Assembly: GCA_034668385.1 (NCBI GenBank)
Contig: JAXDPL010000077.1
Location: 3,330-67,329, forward strand
From: Sphingomonadales bacterium
GTDB taxonomy: Bacteria > Pseudomonadota > Alphaproteobacteria > Sphingomonadales > Sphingomonadaceae
Length of the DNA stretch: 64,000 bases
Direction: 5' to 3'
Position numbers and translations under genes: made by a program. The stretch's first letter is position 1; each line of letters begins with the position of its first letter. Under the pieces are notes generated by a model. It was not told the DNA's origin and did not search any database. It saw only the letters and a program-made list of their open reading frames with translations. Positions 1-9,906 of the stretch are shown here, one piece after another.

Positions 1-545
1 GGGCTGCCGGCCGGCAGCTTGCGCCGCCCCGCGAGCCACAAGGCCAGGTGCCCGCCCGCCGAATGGCCGACGGCGACGAGGCGGGTGAGGTCGAGCCTAT
101 ATTCGGCGGCGTGGTTTTTCAGCGCATCCGCCGCAGCCGCCACGTCCTGGAACGTCCCCGGATAGCCGCCACCCTCGCGGTCGACGCCGCGATATTCGAT
201 GTTCCAGACCGCGATGCCGCGCTTCCTCAGATCGTCGGCGATCCAGTTCATGATGCGCCGGTCGGCGACGTCGCTCTGCCAGCAGCCGCCATGGACCATC
301 AGCACGGTCGGATGCCGGCCCTTGCCGGCCGGCACCCAGACGTCGACGAGCTGGAGCGGCTTGTCGCCGTAGCGGATCGTTGCATCGGGCTCGGGCCGCG
401 GCCGCTTCAGAAGGTCCGGCCAGGTCAGCAGGGCCTGAGGCTGGGCGGCTTGCGCCGTTGCGGACGGGGCGGGGGGCTCGGGCACCGTGCAAGCGGCTAG
501 CGCCGCGGCGAGGGTCAGGGCAAGTCGGATGGAAAGCTTTGGCAC
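1..545 (-). CDS. Alpha/beta hydrolase (esterase) lipoprotein, C-terminus runs off the window
   Basis: Manual translation from GTG at 545: MPKLSIRLALTLAAALAAC (lipobox), MVHGGCW (oxyanion motif) and GHSAGG nucleophile motif; absent from the ORF track because it has no stop in the window. Confidence 0.85.
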   Translation of the reverse strand, partial: MPKLSIRLALTLAAALAACTVPEPPAPSATAQAAQPQALLTWPDLLKRPRPEPDATIRYGDKPLQLVDVWVPAGKGRHPTVLMVHGGCWQSDVADRRIMNWIADDLRKRGIAVWNIEYRGVDREGGGYPGTFQDVAAAADALKNHAAEYRLDLTRLVAVGHSAGGHLALWLAGRRKLPAGS

Positions 546-592
546 TCGGCGGTGATAGAGGCTGGGCCTCCGCCGCGCAAAAAGAGAGGCCT

Positions 593-716
593 ATCCTCCC
601 CTGCCTTTGCAGGGGAGGGGGACCGCCGAAGGCGGTGGAGGGACTTCCTGTTGCGGAAGAAGGCCTCTCCACCGCACTTCGCGCGGTCCCCCTCCCCTCG
701 AAATCGAGGGGAGGAT
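593..716. repeat. ~125-bp double-hairpin palindromic repeat (family A)
   Basis: Termini ATCCTCCCCT...AGGGGAGGAT; internal hairpins CCCCTGC-N4-GCAGGGG and CCCCTCG-N4-CGAGGGG; close copies at 28210, 36202, 37775. Confidence 0.9.
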
Positions 717-721
717 TCGAG

Positions 722-1099
722 TCACCGTCCCCGGACGATCACGCTGCCGGCGGAGGCGAAGCGCCCGGCCTTGTCGATCGCGTTGGCGACCTGCGGGGCC
801 GCCGCCTGGATCGCGGCGTCGCGGCACTTGGCGCCGGCCAGCCGGTCCTTCAGGGTCTCGACGCCGGTGCCGACGCACAAAGTCTCGGCGGCGTGGCGGA
901 CCCGGAGCTGGAGTCGCGCCTTGCCGGCGGCCCCGCGCAGGTTGAGGTCGTCATAGGCGACTCGGGCGACGGGCGCCTTGGCGGTGACGACCAGCTCCGC
1001 GGCGTGGAGCGGGGCGCTGGTGGCGGCGAGCGTTCCGCCGGTCACTCCGAGCGCGGCGATCGCGCCCAAGGCGGCGAATTTGATGTTCAGCATGTTCAT
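722..1099 (-). CDS. UrcA family secreted protein
   Basis: Signal peptide, then VAYDDLNL..G...L..R+..AA...C and a second Cys pattern typical of UrcA; GGAGA RBS upstream. Confidence 0.8.
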   Translation of the reverse strand: MNMLNIKFAALGAIAALGVTGGTLAATSAPLHAAELVVTAKAPVARVAYDDLNLRGAAGKARLQLRVRHAAETLCVGTGVETLKDRLAGAKCRDAAIQAAAPQVANAIDKAGRFASAGSVIVRGR

Positions 1100-1134
1100 G
1101 TCCATTCTCCCTGGTGTTTCGGTTGTGGGTGGGC

Positions 1135-1305
1135 TCAGCCGCAGCGGGGCCCGGTCCGGCCGGCGTCCCGCTCCCACGGGGCGTCGAACTGGATCTGGTT
1201 GAGGCGCTTCAGCGCTTGGCCGGCCGCGGCGAAGAGGCCGGCGACCTGGGTTGCGAAATCGTGGCCGTGCTCGGCCCAGATCCGCGCTTCCATTCCATCG
1301 CGCAT
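1135..1305 (-). CDS. Small hypothetical protein (56 aa)
   Basis: AAGGAG RBS before ATG at 1305; MRDGMEARIWAEHGHDF...QFDAPW; same strand as and directly upstream of urcA. Confidence 0.65.
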   Translation of the reverse strand: MRDGMEARIWAEHGHDFATQVAGLFAAAGQALKRLNQIQFDAPWERDAGRTGPRCG

Positions 1306-1405
1306 TTTATTACTCCTTCGTTTCGTGGCCGGCACGGCGCCGGTCGCTGAGGCCGAAATAGGAGCGGAGGGGCTGGAGCGTCCAACTAAACGCTCGACAC
1401 AGGTA

Positions 1406-1420
1406 ACAAGTCAGGCTTAT
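1406..1420. promoter_or_regulatory. Putative LysR-type operator
   Basis: Imperfect dyad ACAAG-N5-CTTAT just upstream of the LysR start, in the divergent promoter region. Confidence 0.35.
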
Positions 1421-1431
1421 CAAGTTCGGCG

Positions 1432-2355
1432 ATGCGCCGCTTGCCGCCCCTCGCCGCCGTCCGGGCCTTCGAGGCCGCCGCCCGGCACGAGAATTTCACC
1501 CTCGCCGCGGCCGAGCTCGGCCTTACCCAGGCGGCGGTCAGCTACCAGATCCGCCTGCTCGAGGAGCGGCTCGGCCTGCCTTTGTTCGTCCGCTCGAAGC
1601 GGCGGGTGACGCTCAGCGAGGCGGGCCGTCGGATCATGCCGCTCGTCTCGAGCGCCTTCGACGATCTTTCCGACGCCTTTGCCGGCCTGGTCGACGAGGA
1701 CGAGAGCGTTCTCACGATCAGCACCACGCAGACGTTCGGCTCGAACTGGCTCGCGCCGCGGCTCGGCGGCTTCCAGGTGGCTCGGCCGGACCTCGCCGTC
1801 CGCCTTCAGGCGGAGAATGCGCTGATCGACTTCGGCCGCGGCGAGGTCGACGTCGGGGTTCGGATGGGGCTCGGGCCCTGGCCGGGCCTGCGCCACCATT
1901 TTCTCTGGCACCTTCACGCTGCGCCCTTCTGCTCGCCCGAGTTCCGGGATCGGTACCGGCTCGAGGTGCCCGAGGATGTGCTGCGTGTCCCCTGGCTGAC
2001 TCCGGACGACGATTGGTGGAAATTGTGGCTGGAGAAGGCCGGAGTGGCGCCGCGCGACGAGCCCGGCGCGGGCGGCATCCGCCTCGATTCGCAGGTCTCC
2101 GAAGGGCAGATGGCGCTCGCCGGCCACGGCCTTTCGATGCTGACTCCGATCTACTGGCAGGCCGAGATCGCCGCGGGCCGGCTGGTCCGCCCGTTCGACC
2201 TCCAGGTCTGCGAGAAGCGCGCGACCTGGCTTGTCTACCCCGAGCACAAAAGGGGCCGCGCCAAGGTCCGCCACTTCCGCGACTGGCTCCTCGCCGAAGT
2301 CGCGGAAATGGCCAAACAGGGCCCGGCCGAAGTGTTCACCGAGCGGGCGGACTGA
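1432..2355 (+). CDS. LysR family transcriptional regulator (GcvA/AmpR-like)
   Basis: MRRLPPLAAVRAFEAAARHENFTLAAAELGLTQAAVSYQIRLLE HTH followed by a substrate-binding domain. Confidence 0.95.
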   Translation: MRRLPPLAAVRAFEAAARHENFTLAAAELGLTQAAVSYQIRLLEERLGLPLFVRSKRRVTLSEAGRRIMPLVSSAFDDLSDAFAGLVDEDESVLTISTTQTFGSNWLAPRLGGFQVARPDLAVRLQAENALIDFGRGEVDVGVRMGLGPWPGLRHHFLWHLHAAPFCSPEFRDRYRLEVPEDVLRVPWLTPDDDWWKLWLEKAGVAPRDEPGAGGIRLDSQVSEGQMALAGHGLSMLTPIYWQAEIAAGRLVRPFDLQVCEKRATWLVYPEHKRGRAKVRHFRDWLLAEVAEMAKQGPAEVFTERAD

Positions 2356-2372
2356 CCCCGTAAAATCGGGTA

Positions 2373-2518
2373 AAATCGGTGACAGCTACCGATTTCGAAA
2401 TCGGTGCCAGCTACTCATTTCCGGATGGGTTCTCGAGAGCGGGGTCGCGTTAAAAATCGGTAGCTGTCACCGATTTCGCCTCGATTTCGCCTCGGAAATC
2501 GGTAGCTGTCCCCAATTT
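2373..2518. repeat. Cluster of four 23-bp hairpin units (REP/BIME-like)
   Basis: AAATCGGTGACAGCTACCGATTT at 2373, a variant at 2398, the exact reverse complement at 2454 and a variant at 2496. Confidence 0.85.
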
Positions 2519-2519
2519 C

Positions 2520-3353
2520 CTACGCCGCCTCCGGCCTCGGCCGCGGCCGGAACCGGCGCCAGCCGAGCCAGGCGAGCAGCCCCGCGACCAGCCACGGCGC
2601 CAAAGTGATCAGCGCCAGCAGCATCCATTCCAGAGCGCCGACGAGGTTGTCGAAGCCCTGGCTCAGCGAGCGCCGCACCCCGGGGGCCATGTCGCCCGAC
2701 TGGTAGCTGAAGCTCATCGGCGTGGTGGCGAGCAAGGCCTGCTTCTCGGTCCGCTCCGCCCGGTTGGAGGCCATGGCGTCGCGAAGCTGCTGCGCCTGGC
2801 TCTGCAGCTCGGCGCGCTCGGGCGAGCGCAGGTCCGTGCGGGCGAGCTGCGCCTCGATCTGCTTCAGCCGCTCGCCGGCGTCGGTCTCGCCCCGGCGCGC
2901 GGCGTCGATCGCGCTCTGCTCCTCCTCGCCGGTGATCTCGCTCTCGACCAGCAGGCCGTCGGCATGGTTGACCGAGTCGATCCCCTGCTTGCCGAAGGCG
3001 CGGGCGATCGCCGGGTCGAGCTTGAAGTCGAGCCGCGCCTCGATGTCGCGGTCGCCGGTCAGATGATAATACATGCCGGTGATCCGGCACCGCGCGAGGC
3101 CCAGTTTCTCACAGGCCTGAGCGTGCTGCTCCTGGACCGCTGAGATCCGCTCGGCCGGCAGCCGGAACGCATATTTGTAGTTGAACGCGACTCCCGGCGC
3201 GGCGGTCGGCGCGATACCCGGAGCGGCGAGATCGTCCGAGGCGGCTGCGTTGCCCGCCGACCGGTCCGAGGAGGCGCTTTCGCCGCCCCGATTCGGCGCC
3301 TGTCCGCACCCCGCCGCGAGAAGAATGAGACCCAGTCCGAACGCCTTGCGCAT
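2520..3353 (-). CDS. DUF4349-like lipoprotein with coiled coil and C-terminal TM segment
   Basis: Lipobox LLAAGC, APGVAFNYKYAFRLP, coiled coil, hydrophobic C-terminus; AAGGAGG RBS. Confidence 0.8.
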   Translation of the reverse strand: MRKAFGLGLILLAAGCGQAPNRGGESASSDRSAGNAAASDDLAAPGIAPTAAPGVAFNYKYAFRLPAERISAVQEQHAQACEKLGLARCRITGMYYHLTGDRDIEARLDFKLDPAIARAFGKQGIDSVNHADGLLVESEITGEEEQSAIDAARRGETDAGERLKQIEAQLARTDLRSPERAELQSQAQQLRDAMASNRAERTEKQALLATTPMSFSYQSGDMAPGVRRSLSQGFDNLVGALEWMLLALITLAPWLVAGLLAWLGWRRFRPRPRPEAA

Positions 3354-3471
3354 CGCCGTCCTCCTTCTGTGGTGGCCATACTCTACCAAATCAGTAGAGA
3401 AGCGCAAGGCTTTTGCATGCGCGACTTTCGCGACGCTCGCTTCCGCGGAATCGGCCTGCTAATCGCGGGCG

Positions 3472-5715
3472 ATGGCCAGCAGCTTGAACGACATCGATCC
3501 GATCCAGGACCAGCCCTTCGATTTCGCGCTGTCGCAGCGCTACCTGGTCTACGCCCTCTCGACGATCACCGCCCGCTCGCTGCCCGACGTGCGCGACGGA
3601 CTGAAGCCGGTCCACCGGCGCCTCTTGTGGGCGATGCGCCTGCTCCGCCTCGATCCGGCGGCGGGCTACAAGAAATGCGCCCGGGTGGTCGGCGACGTCA
3701 TCGGCAAATACCATCCGCACGGCGACCAGTCGGTCTACGACGCGATGGTCCGCCTCGCCCAGACCTTCTCGCTGCGCTACCCGCTCGTCGACGGGCAGGG
3801 CAATTTCGGCAATGTCGACGGCGATAACGCCGCGGCCATGCGCTACACCGAGGCCCGCCTCACGCGCGCCGCCAACGACCTGATGGAAGGGCTCGACGAA
3901 GGAACCGTCGAGTTCCGCCCCACCTACAATGGCGAGGAGGAGGAGCCGGAGGTCTTCCCCGGCCTGTTCCCCAACCTTCTGGCCAATGGCGCCAGCGGAA
4001 TCGCCGTCGGCATGGCGACCTCGATCCCGCCCCACAACCTCGCCGAGATCGTCGACGCCGCCATCCACCTCATCGACCGTGAGAAAGCGACCACCGCCGA
4101 GCTGATGCAGTTCGTGCGCGGCCCCGATTTCCCGACCGGCGGCGTGCTGGTCGACCCGGAGCAGGCGATCGCCGCCGCCTACATGACCGGCCGAGGGTCG
4201 TTCCGGGTCCGCGCCCGCTGGACGGTCGAGGACCAGGGCCGCGGCACCTGGGTCGCGGTGGTCTCCGAGATTCCCTATCAGGTACCCAAGGGCAAGCTGA
4301 TCGAGCAGATCGCCGCCCTGATCGCCGACAGGAAGCTGCCGATCCTCGCCGACATACGCGACGAATCGGACTCCGAGATCCGCATCGTGCTCGAGCCGCG
4401 AAGCCGCACGGTCGACGCCGACATGCTGATGGAGAGCCTGTTCCGCCTCACCGACCTCGAGGTCCGGGTGCCGCTCAACATGAACGTCCTCGACGCCCGC
4501 CACACGCCCAAGGTGATGGGCCTCAAGGAGGTGCTCCAGGCCTGGCTCGCCCACCAGTTCGAGGTGCTGGTCCGTCGCGCCACCCACCGCATCGCCAAAA
4601 TCGACGACCGGCTGGAGCTGCTCGAAGGCTATCTCGTCGCCTTTTTGAACCTCGACCGGGTGATCGCGATCATCCGCACCGAGGACGAGCCCAAGCCGGT
4701 GCTGATCGCCGAGTTCAGCCTCACCGACCGACAGGCCGAGGCGATCCTCAACATGCGGCTGCGCTCGCTGCGCAAGCTCGAGGAGATGGAGCTGAGGCGC
4801 GAGCGGGATTCGCTGATCAAGGAACGCGAGGAGCTGGCGAAGCTGGTCGATTCGAACGCCCGCCAGCGCACCCGGCTCAAGAAGGACCTCGCGGCGCTTC
4901 GCGAGCGCTACGGCCCGGAGACCGACCTCGGCCGCCGCCGCACCCTGATCGAGGAAGCCGCGCCGGCCCGCGAGATCCCGCTCGCCGCAATGATAGAGCG
5001 CGAACCGATTACGGTCATCATGTCGCAACGCGGCTGGATTAGGGCGATGAAGGGGCATGTCGAGCTGTCCAACCCCGAGGCGCTGAAGTTCAAGGAAGGC
5101 GACGGCCCGCGCTTCTTCTTCCACGCCCTGACCACCGACCGGCTGCTCCTCGCCGCCTCGAACGGCCGCTTCTACACGCTCGCCGCGGACAAGCTGCCCG
5201 GCGGCCGCGGCTTCGGCGAGCCGGTGCGGCTGATGGTCGACATCGAGGGGGAGGGGGAGATCGCGGCCTTGTTCGCCGCCGTCCCGGACACCAAACTGCT
5301 GGTCGCGTCGTCGGACGGACGCGGATTCGTCACCCCGGTCGACCAGGCGCTGGCCGAGACCCGCAAGGGCAAGCAGGTGGTGAACCTGCGCCCCGGCGCC
5401 CGCCTCGCGGTCGTGAAGCAGATCGGCCCGGGCGACGATTATGTCGGGGTGATCGGCGAGAACCGGAAGATGGTCTTCTTCCCTTTGGCCGAGCTGCCGG
5501 AGATGGGCCGGGGCCAGGGCGTCCAGCTCCAGCGCTACCGCGACGGCGGTCTCGCCGACGCCACCACCCTGGTCTTCGCCGACGGGCTGAGCTGGGACAT
5601 GGGCGGCGAGAGCGGCCGGCGGCGCAGCGAAACCGACCTCAATCCGTGGCGCGCGGCCCGCGGAGCCGCGGGGCGGATGCCGCCGCTCGGCTTCCCCCGC
5701 GCCAACCGCTTCTAA
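3472..5715 (+). CDS. parC: DNA topoisomerase IV subunit A
   Basis: [43 protein letters not shown]; 747 aa, no GyrA box. Confidence 0.95.
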   Translation: MASSLNDIDPIQDQPFDFALSQRYLVYALSTITARSLPDVRDGLKPVHRRLLWAMRLLRLDPAAGYKKCARVVGDVIGKYHPHGDQSVYDAMVRLAQTFSLRYPLVDGQGNFGNVDGDNAAAMRYTEARLTRAANDLMEGLDEGTVEFRPTYNGEEEEPEVFPGLFPNLLANGASGIAVGMATSIPPHNLAEIVDAAIHLIDREKATTAELMQFVRGPDFPTGGVLVDPEQAIAAAYMTGRGSFRVRARWTVEDQGRGTWVAVVSEIPYQVPKGKLIEQIAALIADRKLPILADIRDESDSEIRIVLEPRSRTVDADMLMESLFRLTDLEVRVPLNMNVLDARHTPKVMGLKEVLQAWLAHQFEVLVRRATHRIAKIDDRLELLEGYLVAFLNLDRVIAIIRTEDEPKPVLIAEFSLTDRQAEAILNMRLRSLRKLEEMELRRERDSLIKEREELAKLVDSNARQRTRLKKDLAALRERYGPETDLGRRRTLIEEAAPAREIPLAAMIEREPITVIMSQRGWIRAMKGHVELSNPEALKFKEGDGPRFFFHALTTDRLLLAASNGRFYTLAADKLPGGRGFGEPVRLMVDIEGEGEIAALFAAVPDTKLLVASSDGRGFVTPVDQALAETRKGKQVVNLRPGARLAVVKQIGPGDDYVGVIGENRKMVFFPLAELPEMGRGQGVQLQRYRDGGLADATTLVFADGLSWDMGGESGRRRSETDLNPWRAARGAAGRMPPLGFPRANRF

Positions 5716-5750
5716 ACGCCGCGTTAACCCTGTTCGGCTAAGCCGCCGGG

Positions 5751-7511
5751 ATGGAGGCGGCAGCCACTCGCGCGCGATCGAAGAGGGAAAAGCGGGAGCC
5801 GTCCGCCGCCAACCTCGCCGTCGCCGAGCATATCGTCCGCGCCGGGCGCCAGGCCTTTCTCGAAGCCCTGCCCATCGCCGCCGCCCTGCTTCGCCAGGGC
5901 GAGGACGGGGGCGTCGCGATCGACCTTGCCAACGCCCGGTTCGCCGACCTCGTCGGCGGCCCCTGCGTGGACCGCAAGGCCGGCGATCTCCCCTTTCTCC
6001 AGGCGAGCGGCGTCGCCGCCCGGGCCGAGGTCTTCCTGCCCGCCGCCGACACGATTCTGGAATTCGATAGCCTCGTCGGCTCCGAGGTCGGCGGCCGCCA
6101 TTTCGCCGTCCGTCTGACCCGTCTCGGCATCCTCCCCGCGCTCGGCCGCCGCTGCCTCGCCACCTTGATCGACCGCACCGCCGAGGTGGAAACGGAGCGG
6201 AGCCTGAGGGCGGAGATGCTTCGCGACAGCCTCACCGGCCTTCCCAACCGCACCGCCTTCAACGAACGGGTCGAGGCGGCGTTAGAGGACCCGGGCTTCC
6301 TCCCCGGCAGCCACGCCGTCCTCGTCGTCGACATGCGCCGATTCAGCCGGGTCAACGAGTGCGTCGGTGCGCTGGCCGGCGACGAGCTGCTGATCGCCTT
6401 CGCCCGCCGCCTCTTCTCGGCTTTGCGCGCGCACGACCTCCTCGCCAGAACCGGCGGCGACGAGTTCGGCATCCTTCTGCGTCTCGAGCGCGGGCTCGAG
6501 GATGCGCTCCAGGCCGCCGAGCGAATCCGCGCCGCGCTTGCCTCGCCGTTCCGGCTCTCGGAGCTCGAGATACGCGTCGACTGCGCGATCGGCTGCGCGC
6601 TGCTGAGCGGTCATGAGGAGCTGCCCGAGGAGGTACTTCGCAACGCCCAGTTCGCCCTGAAGCGGGCCAAGTCGGGCGGCGACATCCAGATCTACGAGCC
6701 GAACCAAGCCCGAGCGGCCCGCCGGCGCTTCTCGATCGAGACCGAGCTGCGCCGCTCGATCGAGGCGGAAGCGCTCGACCTTGCCTTCCAGCCGCTCGTC
6801 GACCTTCGCACCGGCACCGTCTGCGGCTTCGAGGCGCTCGCCCGCTGGAGCCACCCCAGCCGAGGACCGATCTCGCCCACCGAATTCATTCCGGTCGCGG
6901 AGGAATCGGGCCTGATCGTGCCGCTCGGCCGCTGGGCGATCGAGCGGGCGCTGGCGACCCTCAAGGCCTGGGACGAGCAGGCCGGGGCGCCTCTCCCGTT
7001 TCCGGTCAGCGTCAATTTGTCGGCGATCCAGATCACCCGCGACGAAGTGCCGCGCCTGGTCGAGGAGGCGCTCGCCCGTCACGGCCTCGGCGGCGAGCGT
7101 CTCACCCTCGAGCTGACCGAGAGCGCGATCGTCAACGATCCCGCCCGCGCGACGGCGGTGCTCGAGGCTCTGCAGGGGCTGAGGGTGCGGGTGGCGATGG
7201 ACGATTTCGGCACCGGCTACACTTCGCTCGCCTACCTCCAGCGCCTGCCGATCGACGTCCTCAAGATCGACCGCAGCTTCGTCAGCGGCATGCTGGCCGA
7301 TTCGGATTCGGTCGCGATCGTTCGCGCCATCCTCTCGCTCGCCGCGGCGCTCGGCATGGAGACGACCGCGGAGGGGATCGATTCGCCCGGCCTCGCGGCG
7401 GCGCTGCGCGAACTCGGCTGCACCCACGGCCAGGGCTTCCATTTCGCGCGCCCGCTCGCCGCCGCCGCGGCTTTCGATTACTGGCGCTCCGCCAGCGCCC
7501 GATCGACCTGA
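5751..7511 (+). CDS. GGDEF-EAL diguanylate cyclase/phosphodiesterase
   Basis: DSLTGLPNR, intact GGDEF, EAL, DDFGTG and LKIDRSFV motifs. Confidence 0.95.
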   Translation: MEAAATRARSKREKREPSAANLAVAEHIVRAGRQAFLEALPIAAALLRQGEDGGVAIDLANARFADLVGGPCVDRKAGDLPFLQASGVAARAEVFLPAADTILEFDSLVGSEVGGRHFAVRLTRLGILPALGRRCLATLIDRTAEVETERSLRAEMLRDSLTGLPNRTAFNERVEAALEDPGFLPGSHAVLVVDMRRFSRVNECVGALAGDELLIAFARRLFSALRAHDLLARTGGDEFGILLRLERGLEDALQAAERIRAALASPFRLSELEIRVDCAIGCALLSGHEELPEEVLRNAQFALKRAKSGGDIQIYEPNQARAARRRFSIETELRRSIEAEALDLAFQPLVDLRTGTVCGFEALARWSHPSRGPISPTEFIPVAEESGLIVPLGRWAIERALATLKAWDEQAGAPLPFPVSVNLSAIQITRDEVPRLVEEALARHGLGGERLTLELTESAIVNDPARATAVLEALQGLRVRVAMDDFGTGYTSLAYLQRLPIDVLKIDRSFVSGMLADSDSVAIVRAILSLAAALGMETTAEGIDSPGLAAALRELGCTHGQGFHFARPLAAAAAFDYWRSASARST

Positions 7512-8680
7512 CGGCGGGCGATCGCCCGCTGCTCCGCCTCGCCGGCAAAGCCGCTCTCCGCCCATTCGCGCTCCACCGCCTGCAGCGTCCGGGCGACGAC
7601 CGGCCCCGCGGCGAGGCCCATGGCGATGAGGTCCCCGCCGCCCACGGCGAGCCTCGGCCTTTTCCAGCCGTCGAGGCCCCCCAAGGCCGCCGGATCGGCA
7701 TCGCCGAGCAGGATCCGGTCCGCCGCCTCGTCGCGCCCGAGCCGGTAGGCGAGCACCTCAGGCGCGGCCGGCGAATCGTCTCGCCGCGCGGCCGTCGTCA
7801 ATCGCCGCTGCGCCTTGTTCGACAGCCGCAGCCGCGCCGCCACCGCGCCCGCGACCTCCGGGTCCGCCGGCAGCAGGGCCGCAAGCCGGCGAAGCGGATC
7901 GGGCGACGTTCCCGCCGCTTTCTCGCGCTCGACCAGCCGCTCGAGGCGCGCCGCCGCCGCCGCGTCGATCTCGGGCAGCACCGGCCGCAAGATATCCCGC
8001 TCGACCATCAGCCGTACCGTCGCCGCCGGCTCGGGCAGGGCGAGCAGCTTGGTCAGCTCGTCGGCGATCCGCTCCCGCGACAGCGCCATGAGGTCGTTGG
8101 CGCGCGCCGCACAGGCTTGCAGGCCGGCCGGATCGGGCTCGCCCGCGCCGAAGCGGGCGTGGAAGCGGAAGAAGCGCAGGATGCGCAGATGGTCCTCGGC
8201 GATTCGGGTCAGCGGGTCGCCGATGAAGCGGACCCGTCGCGCGGCGAGATCGGCCTCGCCGCCGAAATAGTCGAACACGTCCAAGCGCGCGGGGTCGGCC
8301 GACAAGGCGTTGATCGTGAAGTCGCGCCGCGCCGCGTCCTCGCGCCAATCCTCGGTGTAGGCCACCGTCGCCCGGCGGCCGTCGGTAGCGACGTCGCGCC
8401 GCAAGGTGGTGACCTCGAACGGCACGCCTTCGACGATCGCGGTGACGGTGCCGTGGGCGAGGCCGGTCGGAACCGCCTTGATCCGCGCGGCCTTGAGCCG
8501 GCGCATCACCTCCTCGGGCGCGAGGCGGGTGGCGAAGTCGACGTCGCTCACCGGCAGGCCGAGCAGCGTATCGCGCACGCAGCCGCCGACGTAGCGCGTT
8601 TGCCCATCGCCGGCGCCGAGCGCGCGAAGCAAGGCGGCCATGCCCTTGCGGCTCTGCCAGGGCGCGCGCGGCAGCTTCAC
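7478..8680 (-). CDS. CCA tRNA nucleotidyltransferase / poly(A) polymerase family
   Basis: VGGCVRD..LG...DVD, EVTTLR, RRDFTINAL, EDHLRILRFFRF; GTG start overlaps the upstream stop. Confidence 0.93.
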   Translation of the reverse strand: MKLPRAPWQSRKGMAALLRALGAGDGQTRYVGGCVRDTLLGLPVSDVDFATRLAPEEVMRRLKAARIKAVPTGLAHGTVTAIVEGVPFEVTTLRRDVATDGRRATVAYTEDWREDAARRDFTINALSADPARLDVFDYFGGEADLAARRVRFIGDPLTRIAEDHLRILRFFRFHARFGAGEPDPAGLQACAARANDLMALSRERIADELTKLLALPEPAATVRLMVERDILRPVLPEIDAAAAARLERLVEREKAAGTSPDPLRRLAALLPADPEVAGAVAARLRLSNKAQRRLTTAARRDDSPAAPEVLAYRLGRDEAADRILLGDADPAALGGLDGWKRPRLAVGGGDLIAMGLAAGPVVARTLQAVEREWAESGFAGEAEQRAIARRQVDRALAERQ

Positions 8681-9270
8681 AGCGCCAGCTCCAGCCGCCG
8701 AGACAGGTTGACCAGCATCGCCGCCGTCGCGCCCCAGATGCGGCGGCCCTCCCACAATATCTCGTAATAGGTCCGCTCCCGCCCCCGCCACTCCACGGCG
8801 CGAACCTGTTGCCGCGCCGGATCGAGCAGATAGTCGAGCGGCGCCTCGAACGCGTCGGCAACCTCGCTCGGCTCCCAGCGCAACGTGAAGCCGGGGCGGA
8901 CGACCGCGACCACGGGCGTGACCTCGAAGCCGGTGATCGTTCGGTAGCGGTCGGTCGTCCCGACCACCTCGACGAACGAGGGCGAGAGGCCGATCTCCTC
9001 GTCCGCTTCCCGAAGGGCGGCGGCGGCCGGTCCGGCGTCGCCGGGGTCAATCCTCCCGCCGGGAAAGCTGATCTGGCCCGGATGCTTGCGCATCGTCTTC
9101 GGACGCTCGGTGAGGATCACCGTCGGCTGGGGGCGGTCGACGACTCCCACCAGCACCGCCGCCGGAGTCGGGTCGGCCGTCTCCTCGTCGAACGCGTCGC
9201 CGGGCAGCAATTCGGGCGTGCGCCGCCGGCCGCGCTCGAGCGCCTCGCGCAAGATCTCGGCGAGGCTCAT
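8677..9270 (-). CDS. CoA pyrophosphatase (Nudix, NudL-like)
   Basis: HPGQISFPGG..D.....AALREADEEIG, IWGATA. Confidence 0.93.
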   Translation of the reverse strand: MSLAEILREALERGRRRTPELLPGDAFDEETADPTPAAVLVGVVDRPQPTVILTERPKTMRKHPGQISFPGGRIDPGDAGPAAAALREADEEIGLSPSFVEVVGTTDRYRTITGFEVTPVVAVVRPGFTLRWEPSEVADAFEAPLDYLLDPARQQVRAVEWRGRERTYYEILWEGRRIWGATAAMLVNLSRRLELAL

Positions 9271-9833
9271 GCCGCCGCCATCGCGAAGAAGGCGCCGTCA
9301 CTCCACAGGCCGGGCGGGTTCGCGCTCTCGGCAAGCGCCAGCTCGGCCAGCTCGTAATAGACCGGCCTAGCAACCAGCGCCTCCAATCCGCCGCGGACGC
9401 GCAGATAGGGATGCGGCCCATCCTCCCCGGCCTCGAAGCGAAGCGGATGATCCGGCCCCGCCACGACCATCTCGCCGGTGTTGAGCCGGAAGGCGAGCCG
9501 GCGGCCCGGCCCTTCGCCCTCGCTCTTCAGCTCGACGGCGACGAACGGGGCATCCTCCACCGCGATGTCGAGCTTTTCGACCGGAGTCACGAGCACGTGC
9601 CGCCCGTCGGGCTCGCGCCTTAGGATGGTCGAGAACAGCCGCACCATCGCCGGCCGGCCGATCGGGCTGCCCTGGTGGAACCAGGTGCCGTCGCGCGCGA
9701 TCCGCATGTCCGAGGGTCCGCAATGGTCCGGATTCCACTTCTCGACCGGGGGCAACTTCTTCTCCGCCGCGAAGCGGGCGATGTCGGCGAGGGACAGGCC
9801 GGCGAGATCCTCGGGAGCGGGCGCCATGGGCAT
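9267..9833 (-). CDS. DUF1285 family protein
   Basis: LPPVEKWNP.HCG..DMRIARDGTWFHQGSPIGR, LVTPVEK. Confidence 0.9.
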   Translation of the reverse strand: MPMAPAPEDLAGLSLADIARFAAEKKLPPVEKWNPDHCGPSDMRIARDGTWFHQGSPIGRPAMVRLFSTILRREPDGRHVLVTPVEKLDIAVEDAPFVAVELKSEGEGPGRRLAFRLNTGEMVVAGPDHPLRFEAGEDGPHPYLRVRGGLEALVARPVYYELAELALAESANPPGLWSDGAFFAMAAA

Positions 9834-9906
9834 GAAGGGAGTTAGGCGAGGCGAAGGCCACGCCGCAACCCTTGCCGCCTCCGCGCCGCGCCCTTATCGC
9901 GCGGCC

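Noticed and set aside
2373-2518. Possible mini-CRISPR array
   Set aside because: Units occur in both orientations, gaps are 2, 33 and 19 nt, and there are no cas genes in the window
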